This document shows, piece after piece, positions 8,480 through 16,799 of a DNA stretch of 64,000 nucleotides. A program made the translations under genes and the position numbers. Each line of letters begins with the position of its first letter. Within the stretch, counting starts at the first letter, position 1. This stretch comes from a virus. The notes under the pieces were generated by a model. It did not search any database, was not told the DNA's origin, and saw nothing but the letters and a program-made list of their open reading frames with translations. The stretch lies in the IMG/VR virus record IMGVR_UViG_3300028780_000001; one strand, written 5' to 3'.

Positions 8480-8697
8480 TGAGTCAGTCGCGCAAGGGTT
8501 CGGCGTTCGAGGCGCTAACCAACATTGCAATCGGAATCGTCGTGTCGATGATCGCGAACGCTACCGTTTTTCCGCTTTTCAACTTCCATCCGTCGGGCTC
8601 GCAAAACTTCGAGATTACGGCAATCTACACCGGCATTTCCTTCGTGCGATCGTACCTGATTCGTCGGATGTGGAATTCCATAGGGACAAGGGTCTAA
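8479..8697 (+). CDS. small membrane protein
   Basis: TAATG overlap; two hydrophobic segments. Confidence 0.55.
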   Translation: MSQSRKGSAFEALTNIAIGIVVSMIANATVFPLFNFHPSGSQNFEITAIYTGISFVRSYLIRRMWNSIGTRV

Positions 8698-8699
8698 TC

Positions 8700-8951
8700 A
8701 TGTATTGGGATTCAGAAGGGGAATGTTTCCGCTACAAGATCACGGAAATTAACTGGTCGGACATCGCCAAGGCGTACGCGCGCTGCAATGCTATCGTCAT
8801 ATCGAACATCGTCGGCTGGACCCAGTACGGTTTTCGGGATATTTCGACCGGCGCGACGATCATGGAGACGCGCATAGGTGTAACCTCCTATCGTGCGCTG
8901 TACGTTGCCATGGTCAAATATGTCGCAAGCAAACAAGGTGCGTCGAAATGA
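8700..8951 (+). CDS. hypothetical protein
   Basis: Internal ATG 8700, 2 nt after upstream stop. Confidence 0.5.
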   Translation: MYWDSEGECFRYKITEINWSDIAKAYARCNAIVISNIVGWTQYGFRDISTGATIMETRIGVTSYRALYVAMVKYVASKQGASK

Positions 8952-9247
8952 ATCGAAGCGAAGCGATGGATATTATTCAGCGGTCGATCAATGACGCGAA
9001 GATGAGCCTTCCCTGTTTTCTGGTCGACCTTGGCAAGGTGTTCGGCGGTGCATACGCAGGAATTGCAATCGTGTTCGCGGACAACGAAGACGCTGCAGCG
9101 CGCCTCGTGAACCAGACATACAAAGACGCCCTTCACCTGAACCCGTCTTCGTTCGGCCAGCACACCAACCGCGAGCGTCAGTGCAAGGCTTCTGATTGCG
9201 ATCGCATGGACTCGTCGGTGCCGGGCGCATTTATCGTAATGGGGTGA
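8948..9247 (+). CDS. hypothetical protein
   Basis: ATGA overlap. Confidence 0.5.
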   Translation: MNRSEAMDIIQRSINDAKMSLPCFLVDLGKVFGGAYAGIAIVFADNEDAAARLVNQTYKDALHLNPSSFGQHTNRERQCKASDCDRMDSSVPGAFIVMG

Positions 9248-9251
9248 TATC

Positions 9252-9434
9252 GTGAAAGAATCGAAACGCGTCGACAACCGGGTATTTTGCGATACATGCA
9301 ACAGCTTGCGATCGAAAGACTGCAGCCGGGCAGATTGCGGTATGCGCATCGAGGTTACAGCCGTTCCAAAGGATGATGTCTACTTTATCGCTGAAGGCTG
9401 CAGCGTAACCACACGTAAGGCCATGCTGGATTAG
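9252..9434 (+). CDS. Cys-rich small protein
   Basis: GTG start; CDTC...CSRADC. Confidence 0.4.
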   Translation: MKESKRVDNRVFCDTCNSLRSKDCSRADCGMRIEVTAVPKDDVYFIAEGCSVTTRKAMLD

Positions 9435-9446
9435 GAAGGTGTCGCG

Positions 9447-9599
9447 ATGGACGATTTCGGAACGCTTATTTCGAACACGCCAGCGTACGCGCACGGCGCA
9501 TGCCTTTGCGGTTTCTTCGTGTTTATGATGTGTGCGGAGTGCAACATGTCCGAACACTTTCACGACGAACTGCTTCGCGCGTACGGTGCGATTGAATGA
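9447..9599 (+). CDS. Cys-rich small protein (50 aa, below ORF-track cutoff)
   Basis: AGGAAGG RBS 6 nt upstream of ATG 9447; read by hand. Confidence 0.4.
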   Translation: MDDFGTLISNTPAYAHGACLCGFFVFMMCAECNMSEHFHDELLRAYGAIE

Positions 9600-9766
9600 A
9601 CCAATCGTACATGTTAATGTTCGTTTTTGGCTTCTTTACCGGGCTCGTTGCTGTCGGATGGTTCATTGTATTTTTGTCGCGGTATCGTGAAGTGCAGTTT
9701 AAGAAATTGGAGAATTCGACATGGGTCGACAAACGATTTGGGATGGTCGAGGACTACCCGAAATAG
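9596..9766 (+). CDS. small membrane protein (56 aa, below cutoff)
   Basis: ATGA overlap; MLMFVFGFFTGLVAVGWFIVFL. Confidence 0.4.
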   Translation: MNQSYMLMFVFGFFTGLVAVGWFIVFLSRYREVQFKKLENSTWVDKRFGMVEDYPK

Positions 9767-9996
9767 GCGACGAGGTTCTGTTCGATACGGCTTCGTCTGG
9801 CTGGTGTCGGGGATTCGTAGACCGCTTCGAAGTTGTTAGAAAGAATCCAAGCCAGTGCAAGCATGATTCGTACGCATGGCGGATCGAAGTGCATATGGTC
9901 TGTCGCGATGCCGGGCGCGAGACGTATCCCATGATGCGTTTTCTTGAGGAAGTGTTTCCGCTTACGCATCAAATATTGATCAAGGCGGAGAAATGA
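9721..9996 (+). CDS. hypothetical protein
   Basis: ATG ORF in train. Confidence 0.5.
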   Translation: MGRQTIWDGRGLPEIGDEVLFDTASSGWCRGFVDRFEVVRKNPSQCKHDSYAWRIEVHMVCRDAGRETYPMMRFLEEVFPLTHQILIKAEK

Positions 9997-10268
9997 AGCG
10001 CGACTCCATCCAGGCGCGTGATATCACGCCGGGAATGACCATTGTTCCGCCGATCCGCACCATGCGCCACGCGCTCGTCGAGCGGGTCAGGCGCGATGGC
10101 GACGGGCTCGTGATCGATACGCAAGGCACACCATTCGATAAGAATGACATTCCGCGAAACATGCGCAATCACAACACATCCTATATAGTTCTCGTGACCG
10201 ACATCGGCCTGAAATCTTACGACGCAAACCAGGTCGTTGACGTTCTGGTATATGAACCTCATGGCTAA
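9993..10268 (+). CDS. hypothetical protein
   Basis: ATGA overlap. Confidence 0.5.
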   Translation: MKRDSIQARDITPGMTIVPPIRTMRHALVERVRRDGDGLVIDTQGTPFDKNDIPRNMRNHNTSYIVLVTDIGLKSYDANQVVDVLVYEPHG

Positions 10269-10446
10269 ACCAAGCGGAGGGAGGGGTATTCGTCGGCGCG
10301 GCCTGATATGGGGTCAATCGTTCGAAGGTCCGGGTACGATTGGATACTGTTACATCAAGTGTCTTAAATGCCCCAATGCGACGCAGCGCGACAGACCTTT
10401 GTGTCGGCTGTGCAGTGAGAAAGAAAACAGAAGGCGGATGAAATGA
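10261..10446 (+). CDS. zinc-ribbon small protein
   Basis: CYIKCLKC...CRLC. Confidence 0.45.
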   Translation: MAKPSGGRGIRRRGLIWGQSFEGPGTIGYCYIKCLKCPNATQRDRPLCRLCSEKENRRRMK

Positions 10447-10742
10447 GCGCAACGTATGTGTATTTAGTATCCGCGTACACGTCGCACGAGTCCTGCAATG
10501 TCATCGCATGCTTCTCGCTTGAGCGCGATGCCAAGGCGTTCGCGGATCGCTGCAGAAAGTATGATGAGAAGAAGCCGCATGTTCCTTATCTCAACGAACC
10601 AGACGAAAACTGGACGCGTTGGGAAAAGGCGAACGGGCGCTGGTACGATCGGCATCCGGCGAAGCTGCATTCAGAGCCAGACGCTTATATCGTTGAGGGT
10701 ATCAGGTTGCGACCGGCCGTCATGAAAAAGGTCCCGAAATGA
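10443..10742 (+). CDS. hypothetical protein
   Basis: ATGA overlap. Confidence 0.55.
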   Translation: MSATYVYLVSAYTSHESCNVIACFSLERDAKAFADRCRKYDEKKPHVPYLNEPDENWTRWEKANGRWYDRHPAKLHSEPDAYIVEGIRLRPAVMKKVPK

Positions 10743-11056
10743 ACCTTGATAACGTTTTGGTCGTATCGTTCGAAACGCTCGTCGAGTCTGTACGGCATAT
10801 CTCTATGGACCCGGAGAAGATCAGGATTCTGATTCTTATATCGAAGACAGATAAGCCTCACTACGTCACAAATTGGGACGGAAAGGTTTTGAAAGTTAAC
10901 CCGCCTGTCAGGATGACATGTCCCTTAGACTCTGTTGAGTTTCCATGCAATAACAAGATCGCCACCGAGTTCGATCCGTTGTCGGCGTTGTCGGCGTGCT
11001 TTCGTTGCCGCGCTGTCGTTTGTGCCGTCGACAAAGGTCGAATCTTTTCGGATTAG
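10739..11056 (+). CDS. hypothetical protein
   Basis: ATGA overlap; stop TAG inside cassette repeat. Confidence 0.55.
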   Translation: MNLDNVLVVSFETLVESVRHISMDPEKIRILILISKTDKPHYVTNWDGKVLKVNPPVRMTCPLDSVEFPCNNKIATEFDPLSALSACFRCRAVVCAVDKGRIFSD

Positions 11057-11115
11057 AGTGTTTCCTCTAGGCATGTTAGCGATACACTAGACGCCTAAAC
11101 CAGAAAGGAATCAGA
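11053..11115 (+). promoter_or_regulatory. truncated cassette (repeat + leader, no TCGA boxes)
   Basis: TTAGAG 11053-11058/CTCTAG 11065-11070; TACACT 11083-11088; AGAAAGGAATCAGA before ATG 11116. Confidence 0.45.
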
Positions 11116-11400
11116 ATGTCCGATCCAAGGCAAACCCATCTTCGCTTTCTCCTTGACGCAGAGTACCGTTATCTAGGCGAGCCCATGGCGAAGGTAATAG
11201 ACGACGTTCTGCTTCTGTTGCCCGACCTGGTAGAGGATCGCGACGCGCTCGCGCAGGATGTCAACGCCGGTTTGAGTGAAGAGCACCGCGAGGCACAGAA
11301 GCGCCTCGAAAAGAAGCGCCGCGAGTTCTCGTCTGTTCTCTGTCAGGTCGAGCACCTTCGACAGGTAATCAGGCAGTATTACAGGAACACTTCGATATGA
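11116..11400 (+). CDS. hypothetical protein
   Basis: ATG after leader. Confidence 0.55.
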   Translation: MSDPRQTHLRFLLDAEYRYLGEPMAKVIDDVLLLLPDLVEDRDALAQDVNAGLSEEHREAQKRLEKKRREFSSVLCQVEHLRQVIRQYYRNTSI

Positions 11401-11807
11401 ACAAGACACCGTTTATCACGATGAAGAAGCAGGTTCGCCACATCATACCGGGCGATATCATCGTAAGCTCGACCATGGGCGCCAAGCTCGTTACGTACGC
11501 TGCACGAAGCATTGATGGTAACTTCGTTTTTTTCTTCGGACTGCCTAACGAAAAGGGCGAGTTCGACGACGAAAAGGGGACGGGCAGACGCGTTAGTGTC
11601 GACCGATTTTGGGGCGAAACTGAGTTCACCGTGATCGTTGGCGTTACCCCGACGAGTGCCGAGATTCTGCTTTTGCGAGAACAACTCGCCGCGCGTGATG
11701 CTGCGCTGGACGCGGTACTGAAGCTTGCCACGTCTCAGGCCGGTCCGCTCAATCCGGCCTGCTTCGACATCGTTGCTTTGCTTGATCGGAACGGGGTTCG
11801 GATATGA
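11397..11807 (+). CDS. hypothetical protein
   Basis: ATGA overlap. Confidence 0.55.
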   Translation: MNKTPFITMKKQVRHIIPGDIIVSSTMGAKLVTYAARSIDGNFVFFFGLPNEKGEFDDEKGTGRRVSVDRFWGETEFTVIVGVTPTSAEILLLREQLAARDAALDAVLKLATSQAGPLNPACFDIVALLDRNGVRI

Positions 11808-12190
11808 ACGAGAAAACCACCCCCGTGTCGCGCCGTCGCTTCGAGGTTGAAATTCGTGTTGTCGAAGTCGTTGACAACCCGGCGTACTACGACCCGTACG
11901 CAGAACAAAATTTTCGCTCGACAACGACCCATGATCTTTTCGACGCGGGCAATCCAAAGTTCGGCATGAAGTCAGGGTCGGATGTCCAGAAGACGATCAA
12001 GAAAGACGTCGGATATGCCGAAGTATCGTTCGACTTTAGCCTGTTGGAATTCTCGAAGTACTTGCGCGACGGTGCGATGGAAGCGATGCTGGAAGATCGC
12101 GTAAAGAATGCGGTGTTCGCATGCATCGTCGACAAGTCTTTTGGTATCGTTACGCAGCTTGTCAAGTGGTTTAAAAGGAATCCATCATGA
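11804..12190 (+). CDS. hypothetical protein
   Basis: ATGA overlap. Confidence 0.55.
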   Translation: MNEKTTPVSRRRFEVEIRVVEVVDNPAYYDPYAEQNFRSTTTHDLFDAGNPKFGMKSGSDVQKTIKKDVGYAEVSFDFSLLEFSKYLRDGAMEAMLEDRVKNAVFACIVDKSFGIVTQLVKWFKRNPS

Positions 12191-12417
12191 AAATAAGAGC
12201 CGTTCGCGTGGGCGAGCTTAGACTGGGCGCGATTATTCGTTGGCCGATCGACCAGACGCTCTACCATCGCGTCAAGGGTATCACGCGCAACCCCGGTAAC
12301 ACGGCGCTTGTAAAGGTCGACGGCGGACGTTCTATTGGCTTCTCGATCGACGAGCATGTCTATGTGCTTGAAGACGAACCGGCGCTGATCGTACTGGACG
12401 CTTTACAACTCGGATGA
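12187..12417 (+). CDS. hypothetical protein
   Basis: ATGA overlap. Confidence 0.5.
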   Translation: MKIRAVRVGELRLGAIIRWPIDQTLYHRVKGITRNPGNTALVKVDGGRSIGFSIDEHVYVLEDEPALIVLDALQLG

Positions 12418-12629
12418 CAGTCGACGAGCTTCGAGCCCTGATCAACGACCCGTCTGTTCGCGGTGACCTTGTTGTAATGGTTCCTGACGATATGGCGTTG
12501 TTTGGTGAGTCATCACCCGATGTCGCGCGCGTATCAAGACCAAGATTCTTCATCGGTTCCGACAAGTGCGAGCCCGACGACCCGAAAGCAAACTTCTTCT
12601 ACATCGGACCAAAAGGATTTAACGAATGA
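12414..12629 (+). CDS. hypothetical protein
   Basis: ATGA overlap. Confidence 0.5.
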   Translation: MTVDELRALINDPSVRGDLVVMVPDDMALFGESSPDVARVSRPRFFIGSDKCEPDDPKANFFYIGPKGFNE

Positions 12630-13039
12630 AGCCCAATTCAAACACCTATTTCGGTCGCTATCGAATTTACCTTCGAGAGGCGTCGACCGGTATGTTGATC
12701 GCGCCGTTCAGTCCGCACCTTTGGGATAGATTCATCGACAGCCTGGTTGACGTCATTATGACGCTGGTAACGTTCGCCTTCCTTATTGGGTGTATCTGCG
12801 TCTATCCGGTCGCCGTGGCACTCTTCGCCCTTTTCGCGTGCGAGGGTGACCGACTCAGAGCAAAGCGATACGAAGCATACTTGTCTCGCATGTCGAAGGA
12901 AATCAAGAGTTTCAGCAATGCCGACAAGGTCGAGTTTCTGAGCGTGCCGGACGGGTATTGTGACAAACCAATGGACGATGTGTGGATATGTACTCGCGGT
13001 AGGGGTCACGAAGGCCCGTGCGCGGACGAACGCCCATGA
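12626..13039 (+). CDS. membrane protein
   Basis: Two hydrophobic helices (VIMTLVTFAFLIGCICVYPVAVALFALFA). Confidence 0.55.
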   Translation: MKPNSNTYFGRYRIYLREASTGMLIAPFSPHLWDRFIDSLVDVIMTLVTFAFLIGCICVYPVAVALFALFACEGDRLRAKRYEAYLSRMSKEIKSFSNADKVEFLSVPDGYCDKPMDDVWICTRGRGHEGPCADERP

Positions 13040-13193
13040 CCGATCCCGTCACGGAAGATACGGAGCCGTACCGCTCCCGCGATTTCTTTACATGCGGTTT
13101 ATGCGGCGGCTCTGGCTGGGTGCCTCGCGACCCTGACATCGGAACCGATCAGGAATGTTTCGTTTGCGACGGGAAGGGAGAAGTTACAGATTA
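13035..13193 (+). CDS. DnaJ-type CxxCxGxG zinc-finger miniprotein (52 aa, below cutoff)
   Basis: CGLCGGSG and CFVCDGKG read by hand; ATGA overlap; stop TAG inside cassette repeat. Confidence 0.5.
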
Positions 13194-13289
13194 GAGGCTT
13201 CACTCTAATTTAGTTAGTGACAAGCGTCGACCGCATTCGATATGATTCGTTTGCGGTCGACGTGATCGCGATACCAGAAAGAGATAGAA
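13190..13289 (+). promoter_or_regulatory. early promoter-leader cassette
   Basis: TTAGAG 13190-13195/CTCTAA 13202-13207; -35 TGACAA 13217-13222; TCGA 13226/13236/13256; -10 TATGAT 13240-13245; AGAAAGAGATAGAA before ATG 13290. Confidence 0.65.
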
Positions 13290-13532
13290 ATGTCCGCACT
13301 TTCCGAAATCAACAGCAAGCGCTTCAATCGTGCTTCGCGTTTGTCCTTCAAGTTGATCGATCAGCAAGCCTCGAAGGCTATCGATCCGCGCGTAACGCGC
13401 CGGTTGGCTCGCATCGTTCTTTCCGCGATGCGTAACGGAATTCTCAAAGACGGTTATAAGCCGTCCAACGGTCTGAAGCGTGTCGCTCGCTACGGCCACA
13501 AGCGCAGGGCGCAACCCAAGGTTAATCCGTGA
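13290..13532 (+). CDS. basic small protein
   Basis: ATG after leader; Arg/Lys-rich. Confidence 0.55.
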   Translation: MSALSEINSKRFNRASRLSFKLIDQQASKAIDPRVTRRLARIVLSAMRNGILKDGYKPSNGLKRVARYGHKRRAQPKVNP

Positions 13533-14077
13533 CTTGGGAAACAACCCTTCAGGCTTTAGGTGCGGGCTCGCATTGCGTCGAACTCGCGTCGAGCAACGGG
13601 CGCTTTACCGCGCTCGTGAAGGTAACCGACAAGGGCTTTGTCCACCTGTTCAAGAAGCCCGACGAAGGCGACATGTACACGCCTTGGCTGCTCGTGCGCG
13701 GCGATCGCCTCGAACACCTGGCGAAGATCGAAGTAGAATTGTGGGCGTATCAGAACGCGGAACTAATGCGCCAGTTTGAACAGCCGCAAACGCGTCATTT
13801 TCAAGGATCAATCGTGAGCAAATTTCAAGTAGACCAAATCTGGCGCGCGAAACAACCAGCGAACTCGGGCGGTCTCGTTAATGACCGCGTGATCATATAC
13901 GTCGGTTCGTTCGGGCAGGTCCAGTACGACTCGCCTTCCGTTGCACACGGCCGTCGCTATCCAACCGTCGGCGAAGCCGTGTTCGATAAATGGGCCGGTC
14001 GCCTTATCGAAGAAAAAGAACTGCCTCTGGACGAATGGGCGCCGTGGAACTTTCAGAACAGGGTCGCAAACAAATGA
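13529..14077 (+). CDS. hypothetical protein
   Basis: GTGA overlap start. Confidence 0.5.
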   Translation: MTWETTLQALGAGSHCVELASSNGRFTALVKVTDKGFVHLFKKPDEGDMYTPWLLVRGDRLEHLAKIEVELWAYQNAELMRQFEQPQTRHFQGSIVSKFQVDQIWRAKQPANSGGLVNDRVIIYVGSFGQVQYDSPSVAHGRRYPTVGEAVFDKWAGRLIEEKELPLDEWAPWNFQNRVANK

Positions 14078-14322
14078 AGCTACTACTCGACGGCGAGCGC
14101 AAGGAAGTCCGCGCATCGCGACAATGGTCTATGTTCAAGCACAAAGGATTCAGAGTGACCGCGCATCGGGAAGACTGCGATACGCCTTTCGTCGAGGTTG
14201 AACTTGCGTTCGGAACCGACGTTAAAGACGGTTCTTTGAAGTACCACATGACCGATGTCGAAGCGCTCGACCTGATTGATCGTCTGCAATCCGCCCTTTC
14301 TATTTTGCCTTCGAGTAAGTAG
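14074..14322 (+). CDS. hypothetical protein
   Basis: ATGA overlap. Confidence 0.5.
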   Translation: MKLLLDGERKEVRASRQWSMFKHKGFRVTAHREDCDTPFVEVELAFGTDVKDGSLKYHMTDVEALDLIDRLQSALSILPSSK

Positions 14323-14336
14323 TGAAACGCCCTTCG

Positions 14337-14355
14337 TTTATACGCATCGACTTTG
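14337..14355 (+). promoter_or_regulatory. degenerate copy of TTTATGCGCATAAACTTTG element
   Basis: TTTATACGCATCGACTTTG. Confidence 0.3.
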
Positions 14356-14441
14356 TCGAGAATGGTCTGTACTTCAGCGTATCATTCAATGGTAGAGTGC
14401 CTTAAGGCGTTAATCGCACGCGTTCCCGGAGGAGGTTGATT

Positions 14442-14657
14442 GTGACTGTCGTGACGAAGAAGTTTCCCGAAGAGTGGATGACGCTAGACGGTCGCCGGAT
14501 CGCCGTGTCTGACATGGACGAGGATCACGTACGCGCCGTACTGAACATGATCCTGAAGCGTCGCCGGTTACGCGCACGCTTGCGTCTGGAACTGAAAGCT
14601 CTTGATGAATGGGCCGAAGAATGCATCAACGACGATGCGAAGTGGGGTAAGTCTTGA
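14442..14657 (+). CDS. hypothetical protein
   Basis: GGAGGAGG 14428-14435, GTG 14442 at 6-nt spacing (track start TTG 14436 abuts RBS). Confidence 0.5.
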   Translation: MTVVTKKFPEEWMTLDGRRIAVSDMDEDHVRAVLNMILKRRRLRARLRLELKALDEWAEECINDDAKWGKS

Positions 14658-14851
14658 ACCATCCGTTAGAAGACCTAAGCGTCCATCTGTAAAAGGCCTA
14701 CGTCGATATCGCCGAGGCGTTCAATGCGACGTTTCCGCCGATCGGCGATGCTCATGTAATATCGAAGGTGCGGTCGCTCATGCAGGAGGCTTCAGACAAG
14801 CTCGAACATGCTAAGGGCCTGGTTACGAGTGAGATATGCCGATCGCGTTAG
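14654..14851 (+). pseudogene. ORF interrupted by in-frame TAA (14690-14692)
   Basis: TTGA overlap start; protein-like reading LNHPLEDLSVHL*KAYVDIAEAFNATFPPIGDAHVISKVRSLMQEASDKLEHAKGL...; stop TAG in cassette repeat. Confidence 0.25.
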
Positions 14852-14950
14852 AGCCTTTCCTCTAATTCTCCGCTAGACGCATGTCGACACTTTTCGATAT
14901 TATTCGCTTGCGGTCGACGAAGACCGGGCCTAGAAAGGAACAGAAAGATC
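14848..14950 (+). promoter_or_regulatory. early promoter-leader cassette
   Basis: TTAGAG 14848-14853/CTCTAA 14860-14865; TCGA 14884/14894/14914; -10 TATTAT 14898-14903; AGAAAGGAACAGAAA 14932-14946. Confidence 0.65.
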
Positions 14951-15229
14951 ATGGCGACCATCCAAATCCGCGCGCAAGACCTGAAGATTGGCGACAGGCT
15001 GGTTTTCTCCGCACACAAGACCGTCGAGCTAACCGACGTCGTCAAGGCGCCCACTTCCGGCCGTGTGTACGTCTCCTGGATGGAATCGAACGAGACGCGT
15101 ACCGGCATGATCGAGCACGATTACCACTTCGATTCGTACCTGTCGTTCGCAGCGATTGAAGTCGTCGAGGGCTTGCGCGAGATTGACGCCGACGGCTTCG
15201 CGACGTATCACCTTCCGTTCAAGCTGTAA
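14951..15229 (+). CDS. hypothetical protein
   Basis: ATG after leader. Confidence 0.6.
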   Translation: MATIQIRAQDLKIGDRLVFSAHKTVELTDVVKAPTSGRVYVSWMESNETRTGMIEHDYHFDSYLSFAAIEVVEGLREIDADGFATYHLPFKL

Positions 15230-15256
15230 AATCAAGCGAGCCCGGCGCGAGTCGGG

Positions 15257-15272
15257 TTTATGCGTATAAACT
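15257..15272 (+). promoter_or_regulatory. TTTATGCGTATAAACT element
   Basis: Near-palindrome after GCCCG..CGGGT hairpin; 27 nt upstream of ATG 15299. Confidence 0.45.
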
Positions 15273-15298
15273 CTTCGCTTAACAGAAAGGAATAGAAC

Positions 15299-15703
15299 AT
15301 GAAAACCCTGATTATCGAGCCGTTCAAGCAAATGACCTTCCGCATGCTCCCGTTCGATCGCGTATGGGACTTGGAAATGATCGGCGGTATTCTCGAACTG
15401 ATCGACAGCGGCGTCGGATATTGGGCGGTCGACGAGGCGCCGGAGCCGCACCAATTGCCGTTGCTCTTCGTGCTCACCGAACAAGAGCCATTGAGTGCTG
15501 AAGGTCCGCAAACGCACCGCGTCGACCTGGCGACTGTCGCATGCGGTATCAATCGCATTCTGTCGGGCTCGTGCGAAGTGAACGTCGACGCGATCGGCAA
15601 CATCGCGAAGTTCGTCGCGACAAACGACCTATCGCACGTCGATATCGAAGACATGGACCTGATCGTCCAGGCTGGCGTGTACGGCAAGATCGTGTTCGGG
15701 TGA
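15299..15703 (+). CDS. hypothetical protein
   Basis: AGAAAGGAATAGAAC leader then ATG. Confidence 0.6.
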   Translation: MKTLIIEPFKQMTFRMLPFDRVWDLEMIGGILELIDSGVGYWAVDEAPEPHQLPLLFVLTEQEPLSAEGPQTHRVDLATVACGINRILSGSCEVNVDAIGNIAKFVATNDLSHVDIEDMDLIVQAGVYGKIVFG

Positions 15704-15831
15704 AAATACGCCACCTGAAGAAACGACCGCGACCCGTCGAGCGAGCATGGATTTACGGCGGTCGTTTCACCGTACCAAAAGAGACGGTCGACGCGATCAC
15801 CGCTTGGCTTAAGTCTTTCATTCGCATGTAA
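15700..15831 (+). CDS. small basic protein (43 aa)
   Basis: GTGA overlap; below ORF cutoff as trimmed. Confidence 0.3.
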   Translation: MKIRHLKKRPRPVERAWIYGGRFTVPKETVDAITAWLKSFIRM

Positions 15832-15839
15832 AACCGCGC

Positions 15840-15861
15840 GACTTTATGCGCATAAACTTTG
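15840..15861 (+). promoter_or_regulatory. GACTTTATGCGCATAAACTTTG element
   Basis: Perfect 14-bp palindrome TTTATGCGCATAAA 15843-15856; GAGG RBS and ATG 15873 follow. Confidence 0.5.
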
Positions 15862-15872
15862 AGGTAAGCATC

Positions 15873-16127
15873 ATGGCACGAAAGAAAATGAATGCGGCCG
15901 AACGTATCGCTGCGCTGGTTGAGCGGGCAAAGTTAAATGGTCGTGCGCGTATCACGCTGAAGCGCAACCACAGGCTAGGGTTTAGCCGCGAGGTAGTCGA
16001 GTGCTACCTGTCGGGTACCGTCTACCGAAACGGGCAGTACGTCGGCCGGCGACTGTTTTTCAGTCTTAACGGAAATAGAATCTCCCGTTCTAAGCTGCTG
16101 GGCATCATGATGGATTGGCTTGAATGA
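15873..16127 (+). CDS. hypothetical protein
   Basis: GAGGTAAG RBS then ATG 15873. Confidence 0.55.
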   Translation: MARKKMNAAERIAALVERAKLNGRARITLKRNHRLGFSREVVECYLSGTVYRNGQYVGRRLFFSLNGNRISRSKLLGIMMDWLE

Positions 16128-16537
16128 GCCTCGTCCACGTAAGCGGATACGCGCACGTCAATCCGGTCGACGTCGCCAAGGTCGAGGGGTTTCCTCTGAC
16201 GCTGTCGATCGTCGTCACGATGCGCAATGGCGACGCGCTCACGCGGTACGTCGACGAGAAGGACATCGCCGAACTCATGGAGCCTTCTACGGATGACCCG
16301 GCGACCTGGTCTGAAAGGCAGTTTAATTTGTGGCTTACGATCCACCATCCGAGTATGGGAGACTACACATCAGAGGCGGGCCGAAGATACCAAATGTATA
16401 CGAACAAGGGTCGCCGGATGACCGTGTTCGATTGGGAACTTGAAGCGGTGAACGACCATAAGCCTTGCGTCGACCGCGAGAGCGCGTTTGCCCTTAAGCT
16501 GTCTTCGTACGTGGCGCTTTTTAATCGGGCCAGTTAG
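16124..16537 (+). CDS. hypothetical protein
   Basis: ATGA overlap. Confidence 0.55.
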   Translation: MSLVHVSGYAHVNPVDVAKVEGFPLTLSIVVTMRNGDALTRYVDEKDIAELMEPSTDDPATWSERQFNLWLTIHHPSMGDYTSEAGRRYQMYTNKGRRMTVFDWELEAVNDHKPCVDRESAFALKLSSYVALFNRAS

Positions 16538-16744
16538 AATCATCGACATGCATATTCTTCGAATCCTTTTCGCGCTTGTGTCGCTCCCGTGCGTGGGAAT
16601 GGCTTGGCGCCAACCGCTGATCGATCGACAAAAGTCGACGCGTCGCAATACCCGGCCGGGTCAACTTGATTATGGCTAGGTGATCGCGGTTCGATCGTCA
16701 CGCACGACGGTTGACCGCCGACGACAATCTGACGCCGATAGAAG

Positions 16745-16799
16745 AATCGCCCGCGCTGGACGTAGACCGTTAATCTACTGGCGCGGGCGATTTGCTTTT
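16745..16799 (+). terminator. intrinsic terminator
   Basis: AATCGCCCGCGC 16745-16756 pairs GCGCGGGCGATT 16781-16792, then TGCTTTT. Confidence 0.6.

Noticed and set aside
14602-14814. 70-aa plus-strand ORF in the 14658-14847 gap
   Set aside because: Its Arg/Cys-rich translation has no RBS. The alternative frame with one in-frame TAA looks far more protein-like (see findings).
16548-16679. 43-aa ORF (MHILRILFALVSLPCVGMAW...) in the 260-nt gap after 16124-16537
   Set aside because: It is hydrophobic at the N-terminus but has no convincing RBS and no coupling, so it is left unannotated.
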